Of a stretch of DNA of 64,000 nucleotides, positions 14,260 through 26,828 are shown piece after piece. Numbering within the stretch: position 1 is the first letter of the stretch; each line of letters opens with the position of its first letter. The DNA is from Octopus sinensis. Its lineage: Eukaryota. The stretch spans positions 24,180,001 to 24,244,000 of the forward strand of contig NC_043008.1 of NCBI RefSeq assembly GCF_006345805.1, in the 5' to 3' direction. Under the pieces are notes generated by a model. It saw nothing but the letters and a program-made list of their open reading frames with translations. It did not search any database and had not been told where the DNA came from. The translations under genes and the position numbers were made by a program.

Positions 14260-15374
14260 ATGTGCTCTTACGAACTGCACTGAAATAAGAAGATCCCAAG
14301 CAAGCTTCAGCCATGAAGTTTTGTCAGAAATTTTAAAAAACCCTTGGCCTATAAGTTAATAATAAGAATGACCAAAGACACCCAAATACCGACAGACCTA
14401 CTATTACTTCTGATTTAGAAATTAAAAATCAAAAAGATAAAAGAGATCCAAATAGTGATAAACCTATCACTGATGCAAAAATCGTCAAACAAAAAGCAAA
14501 GAAGGCTTGCATGAATAATATCGATGACAACTAGAACGGTAAACTCTTGCATGGAAAATAACCTAACCGCCTGTCCAAGCCACATATTGATAAAAATTTA
14601 ACACACCAATGGCTACAAGGGACAGGTCTGAAAGGGGAAACAGGGATTTGTCATTGCAGCGTAAAATCAGAGCTTACCTACCAGAAATACTTTGCAACCG
14701 TCTTTAAAGATGGATCTGACCCCTTGTGCGGAATTTGTGGAAAATTCGCAGAGACAATTGATCATTTTGTTTCTGGCTGCCCAGTCCTCGCTGAAAAGGA
14801 GTACCTCATAATACATGATAGACTAGGGCAGTAATCCACTGGAATGCTTGTAAATACTCCAAAATTAAATTCCATGATAAGTGGTACAGGCACCATCCAG
14901 AGTATGTAGTAAATGGCGAGGGCGTCACCATCCTTTGGAACTTCCCAATATAGACAGGAAAATTGACTCCAATCGGTTAAACATTGTGATCAAGGACTAC
15001 AACAGAGGAATTTGTCTGTTAATAGATATGTCTGTCCCATATGATCAAAATGTCTGAAGAAAGGAATATGAAAAGCTTTCTCACTATAAAGATCTGCAAA
15101 GTGAAATCACAAAAATGTGGAAGCTAAGTATTACGACAATACCAGCAGCAATAGGTGCGTTGAGAATGATAAAAAAAGGGAGCTGAGGAGTATATTAAGC
15201 AACTCCCTGGTAACTCCAATCTCCGTACTACGGAAAGCACTCTCTGTCTAAAATGGAATAAATGTGGTGATAATTTTAGTATGCATTGCAAAACAAGAGT
15301 ACCCTTGCTACTCTTGGCCTCCGGAGGATGCACGGTACTAAGGTAGCTGAAATAAAGTTATAATGAAAGGAAAC

Positions 15375-15378
<4 letters not shown>
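14260..15378 (+). mobile_element. 3' part of a third R4/Dong-like family
   Basis: QWLQGTGLKGET, LCGICGKFAETIDHFVSGC, IDMSVP, KDLQSEITKMWKL, followed by (TAA)n. Confidence 0.8.
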
Positions 15379-15457
<79 letters not shown>

Positions 15458-15458
15458 G

Positions 15459-15731
15459 GAGAAACTTTCAAAATACAAAGACCTGGAAATAGAGGTAACT
15501 CGAATGTGGAATCTAAAAACAGAAACAATTCCTATTATAGTAGGTGCATTAGGTATGATAAAAAATATTCAAACATACAGAAAATTGCACTTCTAGGCAC
15601 TGCACACATCCTACGCAGAACACTTTCAATACAGTAACCATAAGAGCATCACAACAAATCACAGTACATACCCAAGGCACACAGAGCTGCGCTCGGTAAT
15701 GAAGTGAAAGCACGTTATAAAAATAAAACTA

Positions 15732-15735
<4 letters not shown>
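15459..15735 (+). mobile_element. Short 3' end of the 10820-13014 Dong family, between TAA arrays
   Basis: Near-identical to 12732-13014. Confidence 0.85.
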
Positions 15736-15786
<51 letters not shown>

Positions 15787-17051
15787 TTTAACATAGACAC
15801 AAAGCTTCATATGGTGGTTGAATACAGTAGAGTAGCTAGTTGTAGCTAGTATACCGTAGTTATGGGGACAATTACATATTGCGCAATTTCATGCCTGTTA
15901 CTTTACTAATCCAGTTTCAGTCGCCATTTCTGCTGTTTCACTAGCTAATTTTTGTTTCTGCTTTTCCTTCTTCCATACGTAATGTCTTATCAGAATTTTA
16001 GTATGCGTTTTTTTTCTTTTTCAAGGACCTCATTTACTTGCAATTTTTACAAAATTTGGTTACCTGCACAATCTTTTTTCTTTTAATTCTCATAATAATA
16101 TTTACTTTACATGAACTGCGCCTCTTTACGAATCGTTTGATTCGTTCGGTTTTTGCGACAAACTGTTTTCTCTAATTTATAAAATTGTTGCTTTACTTAC
16201 TAAATCTGTTTCCTATATTTTCTTTTCGATTATTTGAAAATGTTAATGTTTTAGATTTTTTTTATTTCAATATATCCTTCTGCTTAGAGTTTATCTATTA
16301 CTGTCGATTTGTTTTCCAATACGGTTAATTATTTCTAATATTATGAGACATTTTATTTTATACTCTGGAAAGTTCATGCATTATATTATTTCTATGGGTT
16401 GTATAAGATATCTTTCCGAATAGAAAACTTAGATCGCTATTTTTACTATATTGTGATTATAAATACGGTTTCAGCTATTGTATTCTTTCTTCGTGCTCTT
16501 CTTTTTGAATTTTCTCCACACTCTGTAGAATGTGGCTATTATTGTTTGTACTCACTTGCATCCGATTATCCTTCAGCTAGTGTGCATTGTGGTTCTGGAA
16601 AGATCAATGAAATGTTGATGTGAAGTTGTTTAGCGTACTTTTCTTCAAGCTGCATTTATTTTTTCTATACTAACGGTTTTAATAATTGGGGCTCGTTCAG
16701 GTCGTGCGGTTTTAAATTTATTGATCAATATCCAATTAGACTATATTTAAAAACAACTACATAATTACAAGGATCTAAAAGAAATAACCTGAGTAGATCA
16801 ATGACATGAATATAGATTAATTTATGTCGTGGTATGTACTCAATGACGGACGCAAGACAACACTTGTACATATGTTTTTGTTTGGATATGTATTCATATC
16901 TATATCTATGTTTGTGCGTTATGCATATATACGCTCAAATTTATCTACATACCTATAATAAACTTGTATCTATGTGTTTATGTATATATGAAGGTTTCTA
17001 TATATAAATTCATACGTGCTCTCTCTTTCCTACACGACATAATGAGGTTAC

Positions 17052-17085
<34 letters not shown>

Positions 17086-17379
17086 TAAAGATAAAAGAGA
17101 AGACAGAATGTAACAACAACAAAATTTATATTACCGCAATTGTTCATCTTCAAGATGCACTACTCCCTTGTGGGCGTGGAACGATGCAATAACACCAGAT
17201 GCAACTCACGGTGCATAGAAGACTCCCCAAGTGGGATAATAAGGTTTTAAGTTGGGAGATTTACATTTGAGTTTCGCTATATTAAGAGATTTTAACAGTT
17301 AGATAGACGCACAGACAAACAAACGCGCATACTCTTACGTTTAAATCAATGCGAAGACATACAGACGCACACATTAATA

Positions 17380-18210
17380 ATTATACACATGGGCACACGC
17401 CAGCACACACTACACGTTTGTATGTCTGTCAATGACACACACACACACAGCTATACACACATGCAGAAACGCATCTATATATACACGGATACATCCATCA
17501 GAGCACAAAGATTCATCCACCCAGTCACATACAGAGATTACATCAACACTGCCACCATGGAGCACACGCACGCACGCACACAGGTACATCCACAGACACA
17601 CTCACACCCTCACACCCTCACGCAATGCTCACAGACCTCACCACACACACACACGCACATACACATACATACACACGCCCCATCACACTCACACCACAAG
17701 ACATACAAATCCAAATGTACATTGACACCTACAGTCTCACATGTTTGCAGACAAATACACTTATACACTCACACAATTATACACACACAGGTTCAATACA
17801 CAGATATACACATGTACACATCAGTACACACAGCACACACCACTCAGCACATATATACACACACAGGCATATAGAAACACATCAACTCTGCACATACATG
17901 TACATACAGATTGCACACACAAGACTACTCAGACACACATCCAGGCACAGAACAATAAACAGCACATGGGCAAAGCCCACACGCCTGTCCATGGGCACAT
18001 AGCAATGTATGGAATGATAGCATGGTGGTGGTGGTGGTGGTGGTGGTGGTAGTGGTGGTGGTGGTGGTGGTGGTGGTGGTGGTGGTGGTGGTGGTGGTGG
18101 TGGTGGTGGTCGTGTTGGTGAGTGAGTGAGTGAGTGAGTGGCTGAGTGGCTGAGTAAGTAAGTGAGTGAATGAGTGAGTAAGTGAGTGAGTGAGAGAGTG
18201 AGTGAGTAGA
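17380..18210. repeat. CA-rich low-complexity tract followed by (GGT)n and (GAGT)n
   Basis: Direct reading. Confidence 0.9.
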
Positions 18211-18325
18211 CAAATATGTAATATTTTTGTTGAACTAAATTTTACATGTTATCCATCACTTAACACATGCGCATAAGTGCAATTATTTATCGTCTGTTCA
18301 CTTCAAAATTTATATCTATAAAATA

Positions 18326-18710
18326 TGGATGACAGACGATTTAAGCTAACAAGAGAAAGAATGAAACTGTATAGCCAACAACGTAAAGAGAAGCAGGGAG
18401 TCGAATCATTGGAACAAGCATGGAAGCAGCAACATTGAATGGAAAATATGAATGAAAGAAAATACAATTAGTATTTACAACAGATAAGAGAACGTGTTGA
18501 AGATAGAACAGAAAATGAAAATGAGAGAAAACGTCAGAAAACTGTAAACAGATGGTTGAAAGTTACAACATTGGTGACATGAATATTCTTTGTAATCATT
18601 GTGAAGCTTTTAGATTTATAGACAAACACCTGAATTGTTGAGAGAATGGGAGTCATGTTCCTTTAATTACGACCTTATCCAGAAGAAATGAAAGGCTATT
18701 TTTTCCTATT
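18326..18710 (+). mobile_element. Helitron Rep/helicase N-terminal remnant
   Basis: Translation 'YNIGDMNILCNHCEAFRFIDKHLNC*ENG...PYPEEMK' resembles the Helitron N-terminal CxHCxAxxF...CCxxG motif, preceded by an R/E-rich segment. Confidence 0.6.
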
Positions 18711-18859
18711 GAAAATAATACAGGACATACAGTTTCAAAAGAAACGCTAATTTTCATGATCCTGGATAAACTTCCAACCATCTAAACATTTTCGTATTTA
18801 CTGTGAATTTCCACGGGTATTTCTGGTTGGTTTTATGAATATTATAAATAAAAGTGTAA

Positions 18860-19365
18860 GCTGGCAGCAGAATAGTGAGAACGTCTTGCAATATTTCTTC
18901 GGATTCATCATGTTCTGAGTGCGACTAAAATTCCCGCTTTAAATCTTGTGAGTAAATTTTAAACTGTTATTCCTGCTATCAAGATGACAAGATGGCAAAA
19001 TCGTTTGTGCGATAGACGACGAAATGCTTAGCGACATTTCTTCCGACTCTTTACGTTCTGGTGTCGACTTTACCTTTCATATTTTCGGGGTTGTAAAATA
19101 AATGCCATTTGAATATTGAAGTAGATGTAATCAACTAAATTCTTCTTAAAATTGCTGGTCCTGTGTTAAGGTTTGAAACGTTATATCTAAGGCAACGAGC
19201 TGGCATAATCGTTAGGGCATCGGACAAGCACAAATCCTACCAATATCAACTTGCCTTTCGACCTTTCGTGCTTGATGAAATAAAGTACTAATAGAGCACT
19301 GGGGTCGATATAATCGACAAACTACTTCTCCCTAAAATTGTTGGCATTGGGCCCCAATTTGAGAC
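18860..19365 (+). mobile_element. Three tandem degenerate SINE copies
   Basis: Repeated 'ctggca(g)aatcgttag...gtcgactttacctttc...gatgtaatcgac...aaattgctggcc' motifs, as in 38755-38960. Confidence 0.65.
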
Positions 19366-19430
19366 CGTTACTTCTGCTACTACAACTTCACTTTTTGTAT
19401 TCATCCTTAGTACACAAATATGTATATTAC

Positions 19431-20068
19431 GATTTCGTGATGGAGGTAGTGCGGAAAAGTTGTGAATGGACATCAAAATAACTGGTGTAAATCTTATAAC
19501 TCTGCGACAATAGTTTCTGTCTCCACAAATGCATCAAAAACGGAAAAAGTGAAAAAAAAAAAAAAAAAAAAAAAACGCCACTACTTATAAAATACAGTTT
19601 TCATAACATCTTCGGGTAGCTTTTAAATGACTGAAATGAAATTATTCTACAATACTACTTAAACGTATTTTTTCTGTGACTTCATCTTCTGCCTCCATAA
19701 GGAGAGACCGGAGAGTACTGTAATTCATATCTACATGAAAAATTGATAAATTACAATATTTACGATATTTTAGCATATTTTGAGGCGTTTGTGGATGCAG
19801 AAGAGGAAGTCACAGAAAACATATATTGAAGTCGTATTTTAAAATAATTTCATTACAGTCATTTAAAAGCTACCCGAGGAAGGTGCAAGAAAAACTGTAT
19901 TTTATAGCTAATAAATAAGTAGAGGCGTTTGTTTGTTGTTTTCCCCTCTTCCATTTTTTTTATGCATTTGTGGAGATAGAAGACATTTTTCGCAGTGTTC
20001 TAGTATTTTATACCAGTTATTTTGATGGTCAATTCACAACTTTTCCACGCTACCCCCATCACGAAATC
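19431..20068. mobile_element. Fold-back MITE with ~270-bp imperfect inverted arms
   Basis: 'gatttcgtgatggaggtag...gtgacttcatcttctgcctcca' is mirrored by 'tggatgcagaagaggaagtcac...ccatcacgaaatc'. Confidence 0.85.
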
Positions 20069-20106
20069 AAAACTCGTGAAAAAAGGCTCCACCCTAATGT
20101 GTGTGT

Positions 20107-20144
<38 letters not shown>

Positions 20145-20552
20145 CTACAATGAAAAATGCAGGCGCATGCATGTTAATTTTCTTAAGTTACTACACCTGC
20201 AAAAGTACAGAACAAGATTTCTACAGTAGAAGTTGCCTAATTCGAAATTAAAATTCTACTGTACTTAAAATACTGCATCCGAGAATAACATTTTTAAAAT
20301 TCACTATATTTTATTAAAACAAAAATTATAAAAACATTACTGGGTTTTTCCAAAAATGAGCACAACCGATTTTAAGCCTATGGGCTTATTATATTCAGAA
20401 ACTCTTTTCATGTGTAGCCCTAGTAATTTTTATTATTTTCATAAAAAAATTATTTAAGCAAAACTATCTAAGTGTGTTATTGAAGCGCATGGGCTTATTT
20501 TGGGGAAAAACAGTATCTTAAAAATGAAATAAAATTAAATCAATTTAAAAAA

Positions 20553-20688
20553 TACAGTAGAATTCGTCTAATTAGTCATCCTTATGGAAAACCGAGAGTG
20601 ACGAATTAGGTGACTTAAAGAATTAGCGAAAGACGAATTAGGTGACTTAAAGAATTAGCGAAAGACGAATTAGGCTAATTCTACCGTT
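20553..20688. mobile_element. Small Tc1/pogo-type MITE (TA-CAGTAGAATT...AATTCTACCG) with an internal 32-bp tandem duplication
   Basis: Termini are near-inverted and 'gacgaattaggtgacttaaagaattagcgaaa' occurs twice. Related ends at 20222-20262 and near 21383. Confidence 0.6.
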
Positions 20689-22159
20689 ATAATGCTATCT
20701 AATAAATTTTACTTATGTTTTATTTGTCAGATTTAAGTTTTTTAATGTAGAAGAAGTAACTGAGGATATGGTTGATTTGAAACCATTTAATGACCATTCT
20801 ACTACAATCAATTTTTTTTCTAATGGAATTTCAATTCAAGTGGAAAATAAATCTTGTGCAATATTATTTGCAACTTCATATTTTATTGTATGAACTTGAT
20901 ACAACTACACAACATGACTATTTCTGTTGTATATTTCAAAAGACATGATTTAAAACATTTTTTGTTTAAATTCATTTTTGATTATTTTTGTTTTTAAAAA
21001 TTTACTTGTTTTTTTAGATTCTCATAATTAAAAAAATAAATTATTTCAAATTTACCAGATATAATGTCTTTTAATTTAAAAAAATATTATTCGCGGCTGC
21101 AATATTTTAAGTAAGTAGAAATTTTATATACAGTGAAGATACAGGATCTAATATTTTTTACAATTATAATTACATTTCTCATTATCCTAAAAAATTATTA
21201 ATTTTAAAGAAAATAAATATACAGGCAGGTTTCATTTACTTCAAATATTTTTTTAACAAAAAGATATTTATTAATTTTATTGCAGTGCATGGAAAAAAAG
21301 TGGATTACAATAAAAAATGTGGGCGCATGCATATTAATATTCTTAGGTTATTACGTTTGGAAAAGTACAGAACAAGATTTCTACAGTAGAATTTGCCTAA
21401 TTCGTCATCTCTAAAGGAAACTAAAAAGTACTTAAAATCAAATTTTTGTATATAAAATTTTGATTTTGAAACAAAGAGCATAATGCGAATCGCCCAAAAG
21501 AAAGTGCGAAAATTCATTATGAAAAATAATTTTCTATATAATATTAATGTAATATTAATTTTATTCTAAAATCAAGAAATAACTTAGCTATATCTATATA
21601 TATAATAAGAGGAGCTAGTAAGAAGAGGTATGAGAATATGTCAACTATATAGTGAGAAGAGAATCTGATAATATGAATAGTATAATTTTTTTTTAATACA
21701 AAAATAGCTAATGCAGCCACCGTAAGAAAGGAGGAGCCACCTGACCTTGTTAGGGAAAAGTTAGTTTGTTAGTCGAAATTCATGAAAAATAAAAATATGG
21801 CCTGCAATTCAGCTATTGTTCTTGTCAACTTGCCTGAAAATAAAAAATATGAGTCCTGCTACTCTGAAAATCCAATCATACTCTCTGAAAGCAAAAACCA
21901 GGCAATCTACCCTAAGAAATAATTATCTAAATTTTGCTACTCTTAATATTGAATCAAAGTTTAAAAGCAAGCAAAAAAAACTTATTAAAACTTCAGAAGT
22001 TCTTACAACTTTGGTCGTCGTACTGCTTTACTTTTGTTTGATTAATAAAAATTTCTCCTCGTATAATGATTTTGCTTTCATTATGCAGGAAATGCCAGCT
22101 TCTAAATCTTGTTTTCTGATTTGGTGAAAATGATTAAACTTCAGTAGCATTTTTCTACA

Positions 22160-22190
<31 letters not shown>

Positions 22191-22191
22191 T

Positions 22192-22390
22192 GTTAGGTCG
22201 CTCTTGAGTGATACTGATAACATGTAATCCAGTAAAACCTGTTGCTTGATCGGGTCGTCGGCTATTATACTGGCAACCCCCACCAGGCTTGCTTGGTGAA
22301 GAGGGTATTTGTTGGACACCCGGCGGGATGAAAAATAAAACCCAACAAAGAGTGGAGAAACTCATGAGCAGTCAACGGCCACCCAACATA
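22192..22390 (+). mobile_element. 5' portion of the RTE-associated SINE-like repeat, following (TATG)n
   Basis: Diverged match to 42551-42720 and to the reverse complement of 35870-36050. Confidence 0.75.
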
Positions 22391-22457
22391 ATATCTATAA
22401 ATATGTATATATATTTTTTATTCTTATATATATATATGTGTGTGTGCGTGTGTGTGT

Positions 22458-22499
<42 letters not shown>

Positions 22500-22649
22500 T
22501 ACTTTTATATATATATTATTTATATTTAAATCTTACTTTGTTTATATTTTTAAATTGCTTGTGTTTTCGTTTTTTTATATTTATATATATAATTCATATT
22601 TAATTCTTATTTATATTTGCAAATCACATCTCATACTTTTTTATGTATG

Positions 22650-25600
22650 AATGAGCTACTCCTCGTTGGACACCGGAATAATATTTAGTTACTTTATAGG
22701 GTGTTTGAGTGTCAGTTTGGTGTCTGGAATGGGATAGCTTACCTCATGGGCAGGTAGAAGCCCTTTAACCTTGGTTGGTAATCAACCTAGAAGAAAAGAA
22801 TCTCCGAAATAAAACCTGAGGCCTTAGAAGTTCCTGGTTTTATCAATTTTCATGCCACACCGGCGAAAGTCATCTTGGGCACTGAAAATTCTTCATCTGC
22901 ACAGGTGCTTCCTGTACATCAAATCTTAATAAAATCATTGAATTGGTTGGTTGGCAGAAACCTAAAAATGCACTTGTAACTTACTCTAAAATGTCTCAAA
23001 CAGATTCAGTAAATGGCAAAAAAGGCTTGGGAACGTCAGGGAACCGGTTTGGCTCGGCAGGTGTCCTAGTGTATCACAGGCTGGACCTGGTCGTCATCCT
23101 GCCACTGTGGTCAAACAATCTTCAAGAAAAAGTAAAAATAAACATCCTTTGAATTTTGGCTATTGGAATGTGCGCACATTTCTTGATGATAATTTCAACA
23201 AAAGGCCAGAAAAGGCGTACTGCACGTATTGCATGTGAGCTTAAGAATTATTCCCTTAATACAGTTGTGCTCTCTGAAACTCATCTCTCTGGTGAAGGTC
23301 AAATTAACGAACCTACTTATAAACATGCTATCTTTTGGAGTGGCCTACCGGAAGGTCAGCGTAGAGAATCTGGTATTCGGTTTGCTCTCAAGAATTCATT
23401 CGTATCCTCCATTGCAGTTTATCTGAACGAAGTATGTCAGTTTATCTGAACGAAGTATGTCATGCCGTATAAAACTGACAAAAGGTAGGTTTCTTTTATG
23501 CACCAACAATGTTTCATTCTGATGAAACTGTAGGATAGTTTTATGACTATCTAGCACAATTTCTGACAAGCTGGTCGTATTGCGAGATTTCAACGCAAGA
23601 GTTGGAAATGACTAAGTTTTAAGGCCTGTAATAAAAATGGAGTTGCTCTTTTGACGTTTAGTACTGATAATAATATGGTTGTTACCAACACTCTATTTAA
23701 GCAGAAAAATGAATATAAAACCACCTGATGCACCCAAGATCTAAGCACTGGCATCTCATAGATTATATTTTGATCAGAAAACGTGACAAGAAAGATGTTT
23801 CTAGCGTTCGGGCCATGAAAGGAGCAGAGAGCTGGACTGACCATCGCCTAGTGCGTGGAAAACTAAATTTTTCGATAATGCCTAGAAATCGACAGTCTGG
23901 TCCTAAGGTAACCAAAAAGTTTAAATGTTGCAAATTTTAAATTAACAAGTAACTTGCAAGATTCCATGATGGCCTAAAAGTATCAATCTTGACCCAAAGA
24001 ATCTATGGGAAGATTTCAAGACAAAAGTATTAGAGGTTGCAAGTTCGTCAGTGGGATTTAAATCACGAAAGTCCAGTGACTGGTTCTCGGATAGATCAGC
24101 AGAAATTCATGATCTACATTTAGAAAAACAAAACTCAGGCTATACACTTCTTTCTCAGTCCTTGACCCCCAACTCAAACGAAGCTTACAGAAAGCTGAAA
24201 AGGAAAGTGCAGACTGCACTAAGGAAGATTAAACAGGAATGGTGAAATGATAAAGCAAAATGGGCACAAGAAGTAGCTGATAGAAATGATGCCAAGGGTT
24301 TTTACTTTTATGTTAAGGAGGTATATGGCCCAAAATCTTCTTCAGTAGCTCCAGTGAGAACAGCAAATGGACGTTTTCATCTGACTGACACCGCTTCCAT
24401 TCATAAGCGCTGGGTAGAACATTTCTCTGCACTTTTGAATAGACTATCATCGTCTGACATGAGGATGATAGAAAAAATGGAACACCTTCCAGTTATAGAA
24501 GAGATGGCATTTCAACCAACTCTAAATGGCATTTATTTAGCATTTATTTAGCAGAATAACAATGTCTCCAGGGTCTAGTGGAATCTGTGCAGAAGTCTTG
24601 AAATATGGGGGTGACAAAATGTCTGAAGTCTTAAATATATTAATTTGTCACTGTTCGAGAATTGAGAAAGTGCCTCAAGATTAGATTGATGCCATTTTAG
24701 ACACCTTGTATAAATCGGGGCCAAAAGGATCTGCGTGGTAATTTTCGTGGGATTTCGCTTTTGTCTATAGTTGGAAAGGTACTTGCCCTCATTTTGTTAG
24801 AACGTTTAAATACCTTTATAGTTCCAAATATGGTGTGGTTTTCGCTCCACTGGTGTGGGCACAGTTGATTGTATCTTTACTATTAGACAATTGCAAGAAA
24901 AGTGCATTGAACAGAATCTTGCACTATACCATCGCTTCGTTGATTTGAGCAAAGCATTCGGTACTGTTAATCGAAATGCTCTGTGGCTAATTCTAAGGAA
25001 AATAAATTGCCCAGAAAATTTGTAAATATGATCAGGGCTTTGCATCAAGATATGAAAGCTAGAGTTAGTTTTGGAGGTAGGCTCTCTGAATCTTTTGCCG
25101 TGGAAATGGAGTAAAGCAAGGAGACCTTGATGTACTCACCCTCTTCGCAATATACGTTGCTGTTGTGTTGTTACACGCTTTTCAAAACTCTGAGGAGGGT
25201 ATTTACATAAAATGTCGAACAACAGGGAATGTTTTTAATCTGACCAGACTGATATTCTAAACGAAGGTTTTTACTTCACTCTTTAAGGAACTTTTATACG
25301 CTGATGATTGCGATCTTGTTAGTCATTCTGAAACAGGTCTGTAATTTCTTGTATCTGCATTTGACTCAGTTGTCATGTTTTGGGCTGGACCATCAACTTG
25401 AAAAAAACAGTTGTAATGCATCAATCTGTGTGTGGTGCTGTCTGTAACCCGCCTAAAATTTTTGTTAAGGCTAAGTTACTTGAAGTTGTTGATTTGTTCA
25501 TCTACCTTGGAAGCTCTGTACAAAATGATGGAAATCTGGATACAGAAATACATCCGTGAATTCTAAGGATAGCACAAGCATTTGGTGGCTTGGAGCCACA

Positions 25601-26504
25601 CGTTTGGTCCCAGCGACATATAAATAAGAATACAAAGCTGGCTCTTTACAAATCATTTGTCTTACCATCCCTGTTGTATTCTTGTGAAACATGGAAGACA
25701 TTTTAAATTATTAGAACAATTCCACCAAAAATGGCTTCATCGCATTTTAAACATTAAATGGAGTTCTTTTACTCCAATCACAGATATCTTTGCATCTGCA
25801 GGCATCGCCTCAATTAAAGCTATGATTTTGAGAAACCAAATGAGATGTGGCCGTATTGTTCGAATGGCAGATGAACGCATGCCCAAACAAATGTTTTATA
25901 GTGAGCTTGCAGAGGAGAAATGCTATTGGTGTAAATCTAAAAAAAGTCTTAAGGACGACATAAGGACTACTATGATGTCATTAGAATGGATCCAGAGGAA
26001 ATAGAAACCCTTGATTCGAATCGATCTGGATGGTGAACAGAATGTGGAGTGGAGTGAAAGCGTTTGAAGAGGCCATGATAACGCATGCAAGACTCAAGAG
26101 AGATTTAAGGAAGAATGTTACGATCAAAAAGGTAAATCACAATGACTTTTTGTGGATACAGTTTATAACATACCATGCCTTTCCTTTGCTGGGCTCAAAT
26201 CTCATTTGCGAACCTATGGAAAACGAATCTCCACTAACTATTCTGCCTTTATGTCTGTGCACACCTTTCAGTGCAATGTATGCCAGAAGGTTTGCAAATC
26301 TAACGGAGGCCTCAAAAGACATTTTAAGATCCACAAAGATCAGAACTTATCTGCAGCTCTTGGTGGTCCAAATCAGATATGCAATCTATGTGGGTGTCTT
26401 TTCAAAACATTGTCTGGTTTAAAAAGTCACATCAGCTGCCATGATGGTTCTAAGGTGTAGATACAGGAGATGGTCGAACTCTGCGTAAAGAGTAGACAGC
26501 CACC
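22650..26504 (+). mobile_element. Near full-length decayed RTE (BovB-like) LINE: 5'UTR, APE, RT, C-terminal C2H2 fingers, (ATGT)n tail
   Basis: WNVRTFLD, LSETHLSGEGQ, HPRSKHWHLIDYIL, WTDHRLV, RGISLLSIVGK, FVDLSKAF, LLYADD, MPKQMFYSEL. Ends 'cagccacc(atgt)n'. Confidence 0.92.
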
Positions 26505-26551
26505 ATGTATGTATGTATGTATGTATGTATGTATGTATGTATGTATGTATG

Positions 26552-26589
<38 letters not shown>

Positions 26590-26828
26590 CATATGTATGT
26601 ATGTGCGTGTGTCTGTGTGTGAGTGTTTATTTACGATGGACACCAGAAAAGAGTCCACTTGTCATCAATTGTTGTCAAAATACTCCCTCTCTCCTTTAAG
26701 CCACGTATTCGTCACACTCACCTTTGTTTCCCTTCATGGGTGATTTAAAAGTTACTTTTGTGTATGTGCATGTTGTATGTGTGTGTGTATTTACGAAAGT
26801 ATGTATGCAGCGTCGCGTGTATATCTGT

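Noticed and set aside
20600-20675. CRISPR-like repeats
   Set aside because: A simple 32-bp tandem duplication without spacers, in a eukaryotic context.
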